Positions 24,693-33,567 of a stretch of 64,000 nt of DNA are shown here, in pieces. Location: positions 2,090 through 66,089 of the forward strand of contig DATBLG010000004.1 in assembly GCA_036555485.1 (NCBI GenBank), read 5' to 3'. A model generated the notes under the pieces. It had not been told where the DNA came from, did not search any database, and saw nothing but the letters and a program-made list of their open reading frames with translations. The translations under genes and the position numbers were made by a program. This DNA comes from Gemmatimonadales bacterium. Its GTDB lineage: Bacteria; Gemmatimonadota; Gemmatimonadetes; Gemmatimonadales; GWC2-71-9. Each line of letters starts with the position of its first letter. Positions within the stretch are counted from its first letter, which is position 1.

Positions 24693-27600
24693 CGGACCTG
24701 TCCCACGCTGGTGTTGAGCTGCACGAACGCCGTGAGGACGAGCTGGGACACCTTGCGGTTGATCTGTCGCTCGTCGTTGAGGACGTAGGCCATCTGGAGT
24801 CCCGCGCTGAGGGAAGGTGGAAAACTCGTGTCCATCGTGAGGTTGCCCTCGGTTCGCCGACTGTCCACGTAGGAGGCGCACGTCTCCTGTCCCGCGGCCC
24901 GCAGGCACGTGGTGTTGAGTGCATAAGAGTATCGCGCCGTGGTGCGGATGTCGGTCTTGAGCCGCACCAGTGAGGCCGGCGGGCGCCAGGCAAATGATAC
25001 CGTGCCGCCGCGCTGGCTGCGCACGGTGCGGAACAGATTGCCGGCGTTCACCTGCTCGCTCTGCAACCGGGATGCGTCGAACGAGGTCAGCACGCCGCGG
25101 GCCCAGGACGCAGTTATCCCCGGCGCAACCGTGCGGTCTGAGGTCTGGGTGATGGTGCGGCCCGCCGACGCGTCACCGCCGAGCGCCGGTTGCTCGCTCG
25201 CACCCTCCCGGACCAGCAGCGTCAGCTGCGCGGTGAGGCCCGACAGGAGGGCGTTGCGCGGCGGGGTGAACGCCCAGGTGATGGTGCCCGATGGCCAGTC
25301 GCGCGTTCGCTTGCGGATCGGCACCTGGTCGGCGATGCGCAGTAGCCACGTCGTGCCATTGACCCGCTGGTACGCCATGTTGACGCGGAGGCCGAGCGGC
25401 AGGCTCATGGCGACGGTGGCGCGGCCGGTGGTGTTGTAGATCGCCGAGCTGGCAAGCACGCCGTGCTGGCCGAGAAAGCCGGCGAAGCCGGTCCAGGCGA
25501 GCTGGTAGCCGAGGGTCGGTGCCCGTGCCACGCTGGCGTAGCTCGAGGTGCGGTCTCGGTTGAACCCCACGTCGAGCGATGTCACCCGCCCGAGCCAGCG
25601 CGCGATGCGGGCCGAGTCGCCGAACAGACCGCGGCCCAGGCGACCCAAGTCCACCTGTGTCCCGACGTCGAGTCGCTGGCTGTTACTGAACGCAGTGGGG
25701 AGCCGGAACGAGCCGGAGTCACCCAGTTCCCGGATGGGCACGCGGCCGTTGGCATCTCGGGTGAGTGAAAAGGTCGTGGCGAGCGAGCTGCGCGGCCGCA
25801 GCCAGGGCGCGAATTGCGGGGTGAGGCCGAAGAACGTGGTGAGGGACCGCTGCGATTCGAACCCCACGTCGACGCCCAGAAATGATTTCCGCGCCGCCTG
25901 GGCGATGCGCGCGATGCTCGACGAGTCGCCGTAGTCGCGCAGGTCCCGCTGCGACGAGAGATCGGCCCGCAGCTGGACGCCGCTGAGCGGCAGCAGGTCG
26001 AGCGAGGCGCTATTGCGCCATACGCGCGAGGTCGAGCGCGCCGGCACCAGGTTGATGTCTCCCGTGTCGGCCACCGGCAGACGGAAACTGGTGCGCTCGG
26101 CGCGGCTCCCGGCGAGGGACGAGCGCAGCCGGAGCGCCGTCGGCGTGATCCGCAGCCGGGCCCGTTCGAGCCGGTCGGTGAACCCGCTCCGCCCGATGAA
26201 CGCGGGCAGCTTCCGGAACAGCTGCACCAGAAACCGCGGCGCGGCAGGCACGGAAGCCGCTCCGGGAGACAGTCCGTAATCGAGTGACGCGGTCCAGCTC
26301 CGCGCCGTCGCCTGGCTGAGGCTGGTGCGCCCATCGCTCGCGGCGTAGGCGGTGGAGAACACGAGCGGGTCGATGAGGTAGCGCGGAAGGCCCTGCTGGG
26401 CGCGACGCGCCCGCCGCAGCGTCAAGGCGTAGCTCCGGGCCACCGACCGCGGGGTGCGCAACCCGGCGAGCGCGGTGCTCGTGATGTCGGTGCCCCCGAG
26501 GAACAGGGGATCGCTGGTGACGGCCGCGCGGCGCACCGTGAGCGGCGCGGCGAGTCCCCAGGCGGCCGGCAGGAACCGCTCCAGGTGGACGGTGGCGCTG
26601 AGGTTCAGCACGTCGTTCGTGACGTAGCTCGGATCCTCGCCGAGTTGGCGAAAGTCGCCGTCGCGATGCGACAGGCCCAGGGTGACCTCGGCCAGGTTGG
26701 CGACGGTAAGGGCCACGTCCAGCGCCGCCGCGGTCCCCATGTCCTGCACGACGTCGTGCAACCGGATGTCGTCCACCCAGATCTCGGCCTGGTCGATGAA
26801 CGTGGCGGCACGCACCCGCAGGATCCCCGCGGCCACCTCCTGCACCGCCGCCAGGTTGGGCGGCGCGATCCCCGGGTCCTTCACATGGGCGACATACGGC
26901 CCGTCGCACATGACATACGCCGAGTCGAACGGGGTGATGGTGCTGTCGGGACAGCTCGCGTCCACGAACGGCGGGGCGCCAGAGAGCCACGCCCGCTCGA
27001 TGCGCGCCCGCAGCGCCACCCACCGGTCCAGCACGATCACGACCTCCGGCTCCCACGAGCTGGTGCGCGCCGGCGCATGATATAGATAGAAGTTGTCGGC
27101 GTTTTTCCCGACCTTGAAGAAGAACTCCAGGTCGCCATCCTCCCACCCCGGACCGCGCCCGCGCGCCCACACCCGCAGCTGGCGGTACTTGAGGAAGTTC
27201 TTGTCACCCTCGGTGCCGAACCGAGTGAACGCTTCGGCGCGCTGTCCGACGGCGAGGCCGCGCGCCAGCAGCCGCATCGACTGTTCGTTGATCTGGGTCG
27301 ATCCGACCTGGAACCCGACGTCGGCCCGCCCGGCCTGATCGATCACCCCTGGCGGCGGCGTATAGCCCAGGTCCCGGTTCTCGGTGCTCACTACCGACGC
27401 ATTCACCTCCCCCAGTCCGGTGCCGCGATCGCCGCCCAGCCCCGCGACCGGCGTCTCGGCGCGCTTGAGCCACGTGCTGCCGACCAGCCGCACCCGCGAC
27501 AGCGCAAAGTAGACTTGTGGATCGGGCTCGCCGGGCAGCGCCGTCTCCGGCGCCAGCACCGTGAGACGCAGCGCCTGCACCTGCCGCAGATTGGGCGACC

Positions 27601-30600
27601 CCAGCTGCAACGTGTCCGTCCGGAACGGGATCCGGTACAGCCGCCAGCCGGACGCGCCCCCGCCCTGACTCGCGTCCACCGGCACCATGCCGCCGTCGCG
27701 CACGAAGTATTGCTCGCCGCCGATGGGAAACACGAAGCGGACGAAGTCCTCCTGGGTGCGCACGCCCACCGCCACGTCGAGCTTTGAGTCGCCGTCCTGG
27801 TCCTCGGCATCCAGCGCGCCGTTGCGACGGCCGCAGCGCGAGCGCGGGTCGCCAAAGGCATAGTTCTGCAGCTGGCCGTTCACCGTGGCGCTGCACAGCG
27901 GCAGCGAATCGAGCAGCTCTCCCGTGGTCGCGTTGCGGATGCCGTCCACCACCCGGTCGGAGAGGATTCCTTCGTCGTCGGTCGCGGCGTTCCACGAACG
28001 GGTGATCGGGTCGCGCTCGGTATCGAGCCGTCCCACCCCGACGGTCCGGACGCCGTGATAGGTGGTGTCACCGGCGTCGGTGACGGTGAAGGAGTCCGGG
28101 ATAAAGGCGAGCCCATCCTCGAATACGGAGCCGAAATCGAACAGCACCGCGGTCCCGTTGGCGCGCGCGGTGCGCCGGTTGTCCTCCCACACCCAGAACT
28201 CGAGATACTCGACGCGCGACAGGTCGACCCCCGTCGTCGAGAGCGTCTGGGTGATCGACCGCCATCGCGTGGCGACTCGGGCATTGGCGGTGTTGCCGGG
28301 CCGGCGCCAGTTCGGATTGCCGTTCTTGTCAGCGAGCCCCATCATCGTGTCGGGCTTGAGCATCAGCCACAACACCGGCTCGGCTGCCTGGCCTTGCCCG
28401 ATGATCCGGATGCTCGGGTCGATCTGCTGTGGCAGGAACTGGACGAGGCGACCGCCGAAGTCCACCGGCAAGGACTGCCAGGTCAGGGAGACCGCATCGA
28501 CCGTGTCGAACCCCACCGCCGGGATGTTGAACACCGTCGCCCCGCGACTGGACGACGGGACGCTCCCCCACCGCCAGGCGTTTTCGCCCAGCGACACGAA
28601 GCGGCCCGCTTCGCCCTCGAACTCTTCGATGTAGGCCTGACCGAGGGGGTTGGGACGCGGCTGCGACAGCGCCACCTCGCCCGCGAGCGTGAGAAACGAG
28701 GGCGCGTCGCTGTGCGGACCCGGGAGGAGATTGGCCAGGCCGGTGATCCACTGCGGCTCGAAGTGGAGGTTGGCGCTCACCCCACCGATGAAGCTCGAGG
28801 CCGGCTCGAATCCGAGTTGCGGGCGGGTGTACGCCGTCTGCTCCTTCTGAAACAGTCCCGTCAGGTTCACCTGGCCAATGGATCCGAGATCGTAGCGGCC
28901 GGCGAGGCCGTAGATCGATGTCGGCGCGATCGTGAAGGTGGCGCGCTCCTCGAACTGGGCGTGCACCACGCCCGGTCCGCCGCCGAAGAGGGTTTCCGGG
29001 TTCTTGAAGGTGACGAGCCCTACCGTGTAGTCGATGGTGTAGTCGACGTCGCGAATCAGCTGGGTATTGCCGAGGAACAGCTTTTCGCTGCCTTCGCGAA
29101 TCTGAAAGCTCGACAGCGAGAGGGTTCCCCGGTCCGCCGAGGCCGATGCATCGGCGTGTACCGTCAGCGTAAACAGCGACGGCGGCCCCTGGGTGGCGAG
29201 CAGGCCGCGCGGCGTGCGATACAGCGAGTCGTTGCGCTCGGCCGGCACGAGACGAGTCGAGTCGGCGAACGGGACGAGGTGCGGAAATACGACGTAATAA
29301 TCCCGCAACGGGGTGGTCTCCTGGTCGCGAACGCGCGGGAACAGCCGGTTGTATTCGTCGAACGCGTTGGGGTCGTTGGCGAGCGCCAGCCCGAGGAGCC
29401 CGAGAAACGTTTCGGTCGAGCCCTCTGGCCGCTCGCGCTGGTTCAGCGACAGGGCCAACGTGAGGGTGGCGCGGTCGATCTCGCGCCCGCCGACGCGATA
29501 CGTGGCCCGGATTTCGAAGCGGAACGCGGGGGACGCGGCGGTCACGCCGGGACGCGGGTCGTACACCAGGCGAAGGGTGTCCACGACCGTCGTGTCCGGA
29601 TTGGCGGTGAGGGGGAACGTGCCCACGCAGCCGCCGGTCGCGCAGCTTGCGACTCCGAACGGAATGTAGGACACCGCGAGGTAGTCGTTGGGATCGAGCC
29701 GGCTGGCCAACGCGAACCAAACGCCTGTAGGATCCTTGTAGTAGTCCCGGTCCTCCGCCAGCAGCTCCCACTGGAACGGCCCGGCCCGCTCGGTCGTGCA
29801 ATCCACGGCCTGCGCGCCCGGTCCGCAGGCCACGGCGGTGACGCCGCCGATGTTCTGGTTCGTGTTGCCGGAGGTGGCGAGCGAGCGGACCCGATATACC
29901 TGCAGGCCGGCGACGCGTAGCGAGTCGGGTAGCGTGGCGGCCTGGATATTCAGGATGTCCACGGCGGGGTAGCCGGGGATGGCGGCCGGATCCACCGCGA
30001 AGAAGAATCGACCCGGCTCGTAGTCCAGGTCGCGGAACGCGCGGTCGATGGCCTCGGTCGTCGTCTCGCCCACGGTATAGACGCGATCGCGGACGACGTT
30101 GCCCTTCTGCTGCGCGTAAATGCCCCGCAGCTCCAGCGCGCCGACCTGGGCGACGGCCTGCACCCCGAAGTTGTTCGCCGGGATCGCCGCACTGATGAAG
30201 CGCGAGCCGGGCGCCTGGAACGACACGTTCCCCGCCTCGACGCGCCGCAGGATCTCGTCCTCGAGGCCTTCGTACCAAACTTGAAGATTGTTGTTCGCGT
30301 CAAACTCGCGCTGGCTGTCGAAGTCCACGTTCAGATGCAACCGCTGCCCCACCACGCCGCCCGAGCGGATGGCGTACTGGGGATTGGGCGTGACGGTGGG
30401 GAACCCCGCCCGACATCCCGACACCACCTGCTGCTGCTCGAACGCGTTACAGCGCAGATTGCGAAACTGATCCGCTTTGAGCTCGAAGCGGAGGTTCAGA
30501 TCCATCCCGAGGTTGGCGAACTGGCCCAGTACACCGGTCGGGCCCGCGGCCTGAAACACTTCCGGTGGCGCCGGCGCTCCCGGCGCGGCGGCGAGAGCCG

Positions 30601-30886
30601 CCAGGGCGGCGACCGCCGACGTGTCGGCCGATTCGACCGCGAGCCCGCGCGGCAGCGCGTCGCGCACCCGCCGTTCCCAGGCGGCCGCCACGAGACCCGG
30701 GGGGAGGCGCGCGCCCAGCCGCCCACCCGGCGCGAGCGCCGGCACCGCAACGCTCACGAGCGAGTGGTAGCGATACACGAGCACGAACGCCGGCAGCCGT
30801 CCCGTGTCGGCAACGGACTCCTGCGCGCGGGCTTGGGGAAGCAGCAGCGAGAGTGTGAGAACGACCAGCGAGGCGGGGCGCCACAT
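24689..30886 (-). CDS. sprA: Giant outer-membrane protein, SprA-like T9SS translocon (2065 aa)
   Basis: Signal peptide MWRPASLVVLTLSLLLPQARA|QE. The block DFDSQREFDANNNLQVWYEGLEDEILRRVEAGNVSFQAPGSRFIS..FGVQ..YAQQKGN matches my memory of the conserved SprA N-terminal signature. The beta-rich composition continues throughout. The track ORF extends to 31756, antisense into the first Lpt permease gene, and I reject that extension. Confidence 0.7.
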   Translation of the reverse strand: MWRPASLVVLTLSLLLPQARAQESVADTGRLPAFVLVYRYHSLVSVAVPALAPGGRLGARLPPGLVAAAWERRVRDALPRGLAVESADTSAVAALAALAAAPGAPAPPEVFQAAGPTGVLGQFANLGMDLNLRFELKADQFRNLRCNAFEQQQVVSGCRAGFPTVTPNPQYAIRSGGVVGQRLHLNVDFDSQREFDANNNLQVWYEGLEDEILRRVEAGNVSFQAPGSRFISAAIPANNFGVQAVAQVGALELRGIYAQQKGNVVRDRVYTVGETTTEAIDRAFRDLDYEPGRFFFAVDPAAIPGYPAVDILNIQAATLPDSLRVAGLQVYRVRSLATSGNTNQNIGGVTAVACGPGAQAVDCTTERAGPFQWELLAEDRDYYKDPTGVWFALASRLDPNDYLAVSYIPFGVASCATGGCVGTFPLTANPDTTVVDTLRLVYDPRPGVTAASPAFRFEIRATYRVGGREIDRATLTLALSLNQRERPEGSTETFLGLLGLALANDPNAFDEYNRLFPRVRDQETTPLRDYYVVFPHLVPFADSTRLVPAERNDSLYRTPRGLLATQGPPSLFTLTVHADASASADRGTLSLSSFQIREGSEKLFLGNTQLIRDVDYTIDYTVGLVTFKNPETLFGGGPGVVHAQFEERATFTIAPTSIYGLAGRYDLGSIGQVNLTGLFQKEQTAYTRPQLGFEPASSFIGGVSANLHFEPQWITGLANLLPGPHSDAPSFLTLAGEVALSQPRPNPLGQAYIEEFEGEAGRFVSLGENAWRWGSVPSSSRGATVFNIPAVGFDTVDAVSLTWQSLPVDFGGRLVQFLPQQIDPSIRIIGQGQAAEPVLWLMLKPDTMMGLADKNGNPNWRRPGNTANARVATRWRSITQTLSTTGVDLSRVEYLEFWVWEDNRRTARANGTAVLFDFGSVFEDGLAFIPDSFTVTDAGDTTYHGVRTVGVGRLDTERDPITRSWNAATDDEGILSDRVVDGIRNATTGELLDSLPLCSATVNGQLQNYAFGDPRSRCGRRNGALDAEDQDGDSKLDVAVGVRTQEDFVRFVFPIGGEQYFVRDGGMVPVDASQGGGASGWRLYRIPFRTDTLQLGSPNLRQVQALRLTVLAPETALPGEPDPQVYFALSRVRLVGSTWLKRAETPVAGLGGDRGTGLGEVNASVVSTENRDLGYTPPPGVIDQAGRADVGFQVGSTQINEQSMRLLARGLAVGQRAEAFTRFGTEGDKNFLKYRQLRVWARGRGPGWEDGDLEFFFKVGKNADNFYLYHAPARTSSWEPEVVIVLDRWVALRARIERAWLSGAPPFVDASCPDSTITPFDSAYVMCDGPYVAHVKDPGIAPPNLAAVQEVAAGILRVRAATFIDQAEIWVDDIRLHDVVQDMGTAAALDVALTVANLAEVTLGLSHRDGDFRQLGEDPSYVTNDVLNLSATVHLERFLPAAWGLAAPLTVRRAAVTSDPLFLGGTDITSTALAGLRTPRSVARSYALTLRRARRAQQGLPRYLIDPLVFSTAYAASDGRTSLSQATARSWTASLDYGLSPGAASVPAAPRFLVQLFRKLPAFIGRSGFTDRLERARLRITPTALRLRSSLAGSRAERTSFRLPVADTGDINLVPARSTSRVWRNSASLDLLPLSGVQLRADLSSQRDLRDYGDSSSIARIAQAARKSFLGVDVGFESQRSLTTFFGLTPQFAPWLRPRSSLATTFSLTRDANGRVPIRELGDSGSFRLPTAFSNSQRLDVGTQVDLGRLGRGLFGDSARIARWLGRVTSLDVGFNRDRTSSYASVARAPTLGYQLAWTGFAGFLGQHGVLASSAIYNTTGRATVAMSLPLGLRVNMAYQRVNGTTWLLRIADQVPIRKRTRDWPSGTITWAFTPPRNALLSGLTAQLTLLVREGASEQPALGGDASAGRTITQTSDRTVAPGITASWARGVLTSFDASRLQSEQVNAGNLFRTVRSQRGGTVSFAWRPPASLVRLKTDIRTTARYSYALNTTCLRAAGQETCASYVDSRRTEGNLTMDTSFPPSLSAGLQMAYVLNDERQINRKVSQLVLTAFVQLNTSVGQVR

Positions 30887-30916
30887 CCCTTGTAGCAACT
30901 TGGAGTTCCGAATATA

Positions 30917-32377
30917 ATGGCCGGACCCCCCGTGCGCATCCTCACGCGTTACCTGTTGCGACAGCACGCGGCACCGCTCGGCTTCGCCCTCACGGCGCTC
31001 ACCGCGTTGCTGCTGCTCAACCAGATCGCCAAGCAGCTCGGCAACCTGGTCGGCAAAGGGCTGCCGTGGAGCGTGATCGTCGAAGTGTTCGTGCTGAGCA
31101 TCCCGTTCATCGTCGCGATGACGTTGCCGATGGCGGTGCTGGTGGCCGTGCTCCACACGATGAGCCGCCTCGCGGCCGACCACGAGATCACCGCCATGAC
31201 GGCGAGCGGCATCAGCGTGGGCCGCATCGCGCGGCCGGTGCTCGCCGGGGCGACGGCCGTGGCGCTGTGCTCGTTTCTGCTGAACGACCAGCTGCTGCCG
31301 CGCTCGAATCACCGCCTCCGTACGCTGCTGGTGGACATCCAGCGCAAGAAACCCTCCTTCACGCTCAAGGAACAGGTGATCAACGAGGTCGTCGCGGGCC
31401 AGTTCTTTCTCCGGGCGGCGCGGATCGACCAGGCGACCAATCGGCTTCGGGATGTGACGATTTACGATTTGGGCGATGCCGACCGCCGCCGCATCATCAC
31501 GGCCGACAGCGGGCACATGGCTTATACCCCCGGCCAGACCGATTTGTACCTGACCCTGCTGGAAGGCGACATCCAGGAGGTGCGACGCGGCGAGGATGCG
31601 CAATTCAACCGCACCTTCTTTCATACCAACCGCATCCGCGTCAAGGGGGTCTCGAACCAGTTCGTGAAAACCGAAGAGGACACCTACCGCGGTGACCGCG
31701 AGATGACGATCTGCGAAATGCAGCAGGTCGTCTCGGCGGCGCGTGACGACGCGCACGCGGCGCGCCGCGACGCCAACACCACCGTCACGCAGGATCTACG
31801 GCGGCTCGCCGGTCTCGCGCCGGTTCCCGTGGCTCCCCAACGGTCTGATTCCGCGAGGGGCGGTGTCTATTGCCGGATGTTGCGGCAGCTGGGCCGCTGG
31901 CTGCTGCCGGCGGAAATCAAGGCGCAGACGCCGGCGCCCCGTCCACCGGCGCCGCGCGTCACGTTCGGCGTGACCGCCGGCGAGAACCAGCGCGTGGACG
32001 GCGCGCGCCGCCGCGCGGCCATTTACCTCGTCGAGATCAACAAGAAGCTCGCCATCGCGTTCGCCTGTTTCGTGTTCGCGCTGATCGGTGTCCCGCTGGC
32101 GCTCCGCTTCCCGCGCGGTGGCGCCGGGCTCGTCATCGGGACCAGCGTGATCGTGTTCGCGATCTATTACGTCGGACTGATCGGCGGGGAGGACCTGGGT
32201 GACCGACTCATTGTGTCCCCGTTCCTGGCGATGTGGGCTCCCAACTTGCTGTTCAGCGTCGCCGGTGCAGCCGGGCTATGGGCGACGCGCCGAGCAAGCC
32301 CGACGGCGCGGGGGGGCGGCTGGTCCGATGTGCGGGACGCCATCGTGGGACTGGTGAAGCCTCGGAGGCACGCGTGA
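30917..32377 (+). CDS. LptF/LptG-family LPS export permease (YjgP/YjgQ), long form
   Basis: RILTRYLLRQHAAPLGFALTALTALLLLNQIAKQL is a typical family N-terminus. Six TM segments surround a large periplasmic insert. Confidence 0.8.
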   Translation: MAGPPVRILTRYLLRQHAAPLGFALTALTALLLLNQIAKQLGNLVGKGLPWSVIVEVFVLSIPFIVAMTLPMAVLVAVLHTMSRLAADHEITAMTASGISVGRIARPVLAGATAVALCSFLLNDQLLPRSNHRLRTLLVDIQRKKPSFTLKEQVINEVVAGQFFLRAARIDQATNRLRDVTIYDLGDADRRRIITADSGHMAYTPGQTDLYLTLLEGDIQEVRRGEDAQFNRTFFHTNRIRVKGVSNQFVKTEEDTYRGDREMTICEMQQVVSAARDDAHAARRDANTTVTQDLRRLAGLAPVPVAPQRSDSARGGVYCRMLRQLGRWLLPAEIKAQTPAPRPPAPRVTFGVTAGENQRVDGARRRAAIYLVEINKKLAIAFACFVFALIGVPLALRFPRGGAGLVIGTSVIVFAIYYVGLIGGEDLGDRLIVSPFLAMWAPNLLFSVAGAAGLWATRRASPTARGGGWSDVRDAIVGLVKPRRHA

Positions 32378-33450
32378 TCCGGACGCTCGATCGCTATGTG
32401 CTGCGGGAATGGGCGCGCGTGTTCCTCGTCGTCATGTTCGGCTTCCCCCTGCTGGTCATCGTTATCGACCTGACCGACAAGCTGGACCGCTATCTGGGGC
32501 GGGGGCTCGACATCGGCAAGGTGGCGCTGGCGTACTTCTATGGAATGCCGGACACGATGTTCCTCGTGCTGCCGGCGGCGGTGTTGTTCGCCACGGTGTT
32601 CACGGTCGGCACGATGGGGCGGCATTCCGAGCTCACCGCGGCCAAGGCCTCGGGGATTTCGTTTTACCGGTTGGTGCGACCGGTCTTCCTCGCAGCGGTG
32701 GCCGCCTGCCTCTTGGGGATCGGGCTGAGCGAGCTCGTTCCGCTCGGGGCGTCGCGCCGTGCGGAGTTGTTGGGCGACAAGGCCACGCGCGTCGGCAGCT
32801 CGCGCTTCAACTTCGTGTACCGCGCCGACGGGGGGTGGGTGTACGCGATCCGCTCGCTCGAGATCGCGACGCGCGAGATGCAGGATCTGATCCTGGAGCG
32901 CGGGGGCACGGGGCCCGAATACCCCACCATCGTGGTGACGGCGAAGCGGGCCCGCTACGGCCGGGCTGGCGGATGGACCTTGCAGGACGGGAGTGTGCGG
33001 TACCTGCTCGGTCCCGGCGTGGAGCGGGCATTCGGGTTCCGCACGATGCGCGCGCGGATGCTCGTGGAGACGCCGGGAGACTTGTTGGCCGAGCCGAAGG
33101 CGCCCGAGGAAATGCGCTACGCCGAGCTGGGGCGGTATATCGACGCGCTGGCGCGTTCGGGATCGGACACGCGCAAGCTGGCGGTGGATCGCGCGCTCAA
33201 GCTCGCGATCCCGTTCACGTGCATCATCATCGCCCTGTTCGGCGCGCCGCTGGCGGTGTCCAACCCCCGCGGCGGCGCGGCGTGGGGCGTGGCGGTGAGT
33301 CTCGCCACCACATTCATCTTCCTGCTCCTGATGCAACTGTCCCGCGCGGTGGGTGGTGGTGGGTTATTGCCGCCAGTGCTCGCGGCCTGGCTGCCAAACG
33401 GCCTCGCGGCGGTGGGTGCAGCATGGTTGTTGAAGAAGGTACAGACGTGA
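32374..33450 (+). CDS. LptF/LptG-family LPS export permease
   Basis: VIRTLDRYVLREWARVFLVVMFGFPLLVIVIDL. GTG at 32374 overlaps the upstream TGA (GTGA), with GGAGG 6 nt upstream. Confidence 0.8.
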   Translation: MIRTLDRYVLREWARVFLVVMFGFPLLVIVIDLTDKLDRYLGRGLDIGKVALAYFYGMPDTMFLVLPAAVLFATVFTVGTMGRHSELTAAKASGISFYRLVRPVFLAAVAACLLGIGLSELVPLGASRRAELLGDKATRVGSSRFNFVYRADGGWVYAIRSLEIATREMQDLILERGGTGPEYPTIVVTAKRARYGRAGGWTLQDGSVRYLLGPGVERAFGFRTMRARMLVETPGDLLAEPKAPEEMRYAELGRYIDALARSGSDTRKLAVDRALKLAIPFTCIIIALFGAPLAVSNPRGGAAWGVAVSLATTFIFLLLMQLSRAVGGGGLLPPVLAAWLPNGLAAVGAAWLLKKVQT

Positions 33451-33567
33451 CTTTCTCGTTACCCGGACGCGCGCCGGCCGTCCTTGACGCGGTCCGGACC
33501 GAAGACCAGTTTCTTGAGTGATGGTGCCTGTACCCACCGTGGTGAGTTCCGCTCGAGGAGGTTCCGT

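Noticed and set aside
30913-30918. TATAAT hexamer as a -10 box for the first LptF/LptG-family gene
   Set aside because: It overlaps the ATG itself, so any transcript started from it would lack the start codon.
30887-31756. A 5' extension of the giant minus-strand ORF (the track gives 24689..31756, 2355 aa)
   Set aside because: The extra 290 codons run antisense through the first LptF/LptG-family gene and have an Arg/His/Asp-rich, non-protein-like composition. A clean signal peptide starts at the ATG at 30886, so I called 24689..30886.
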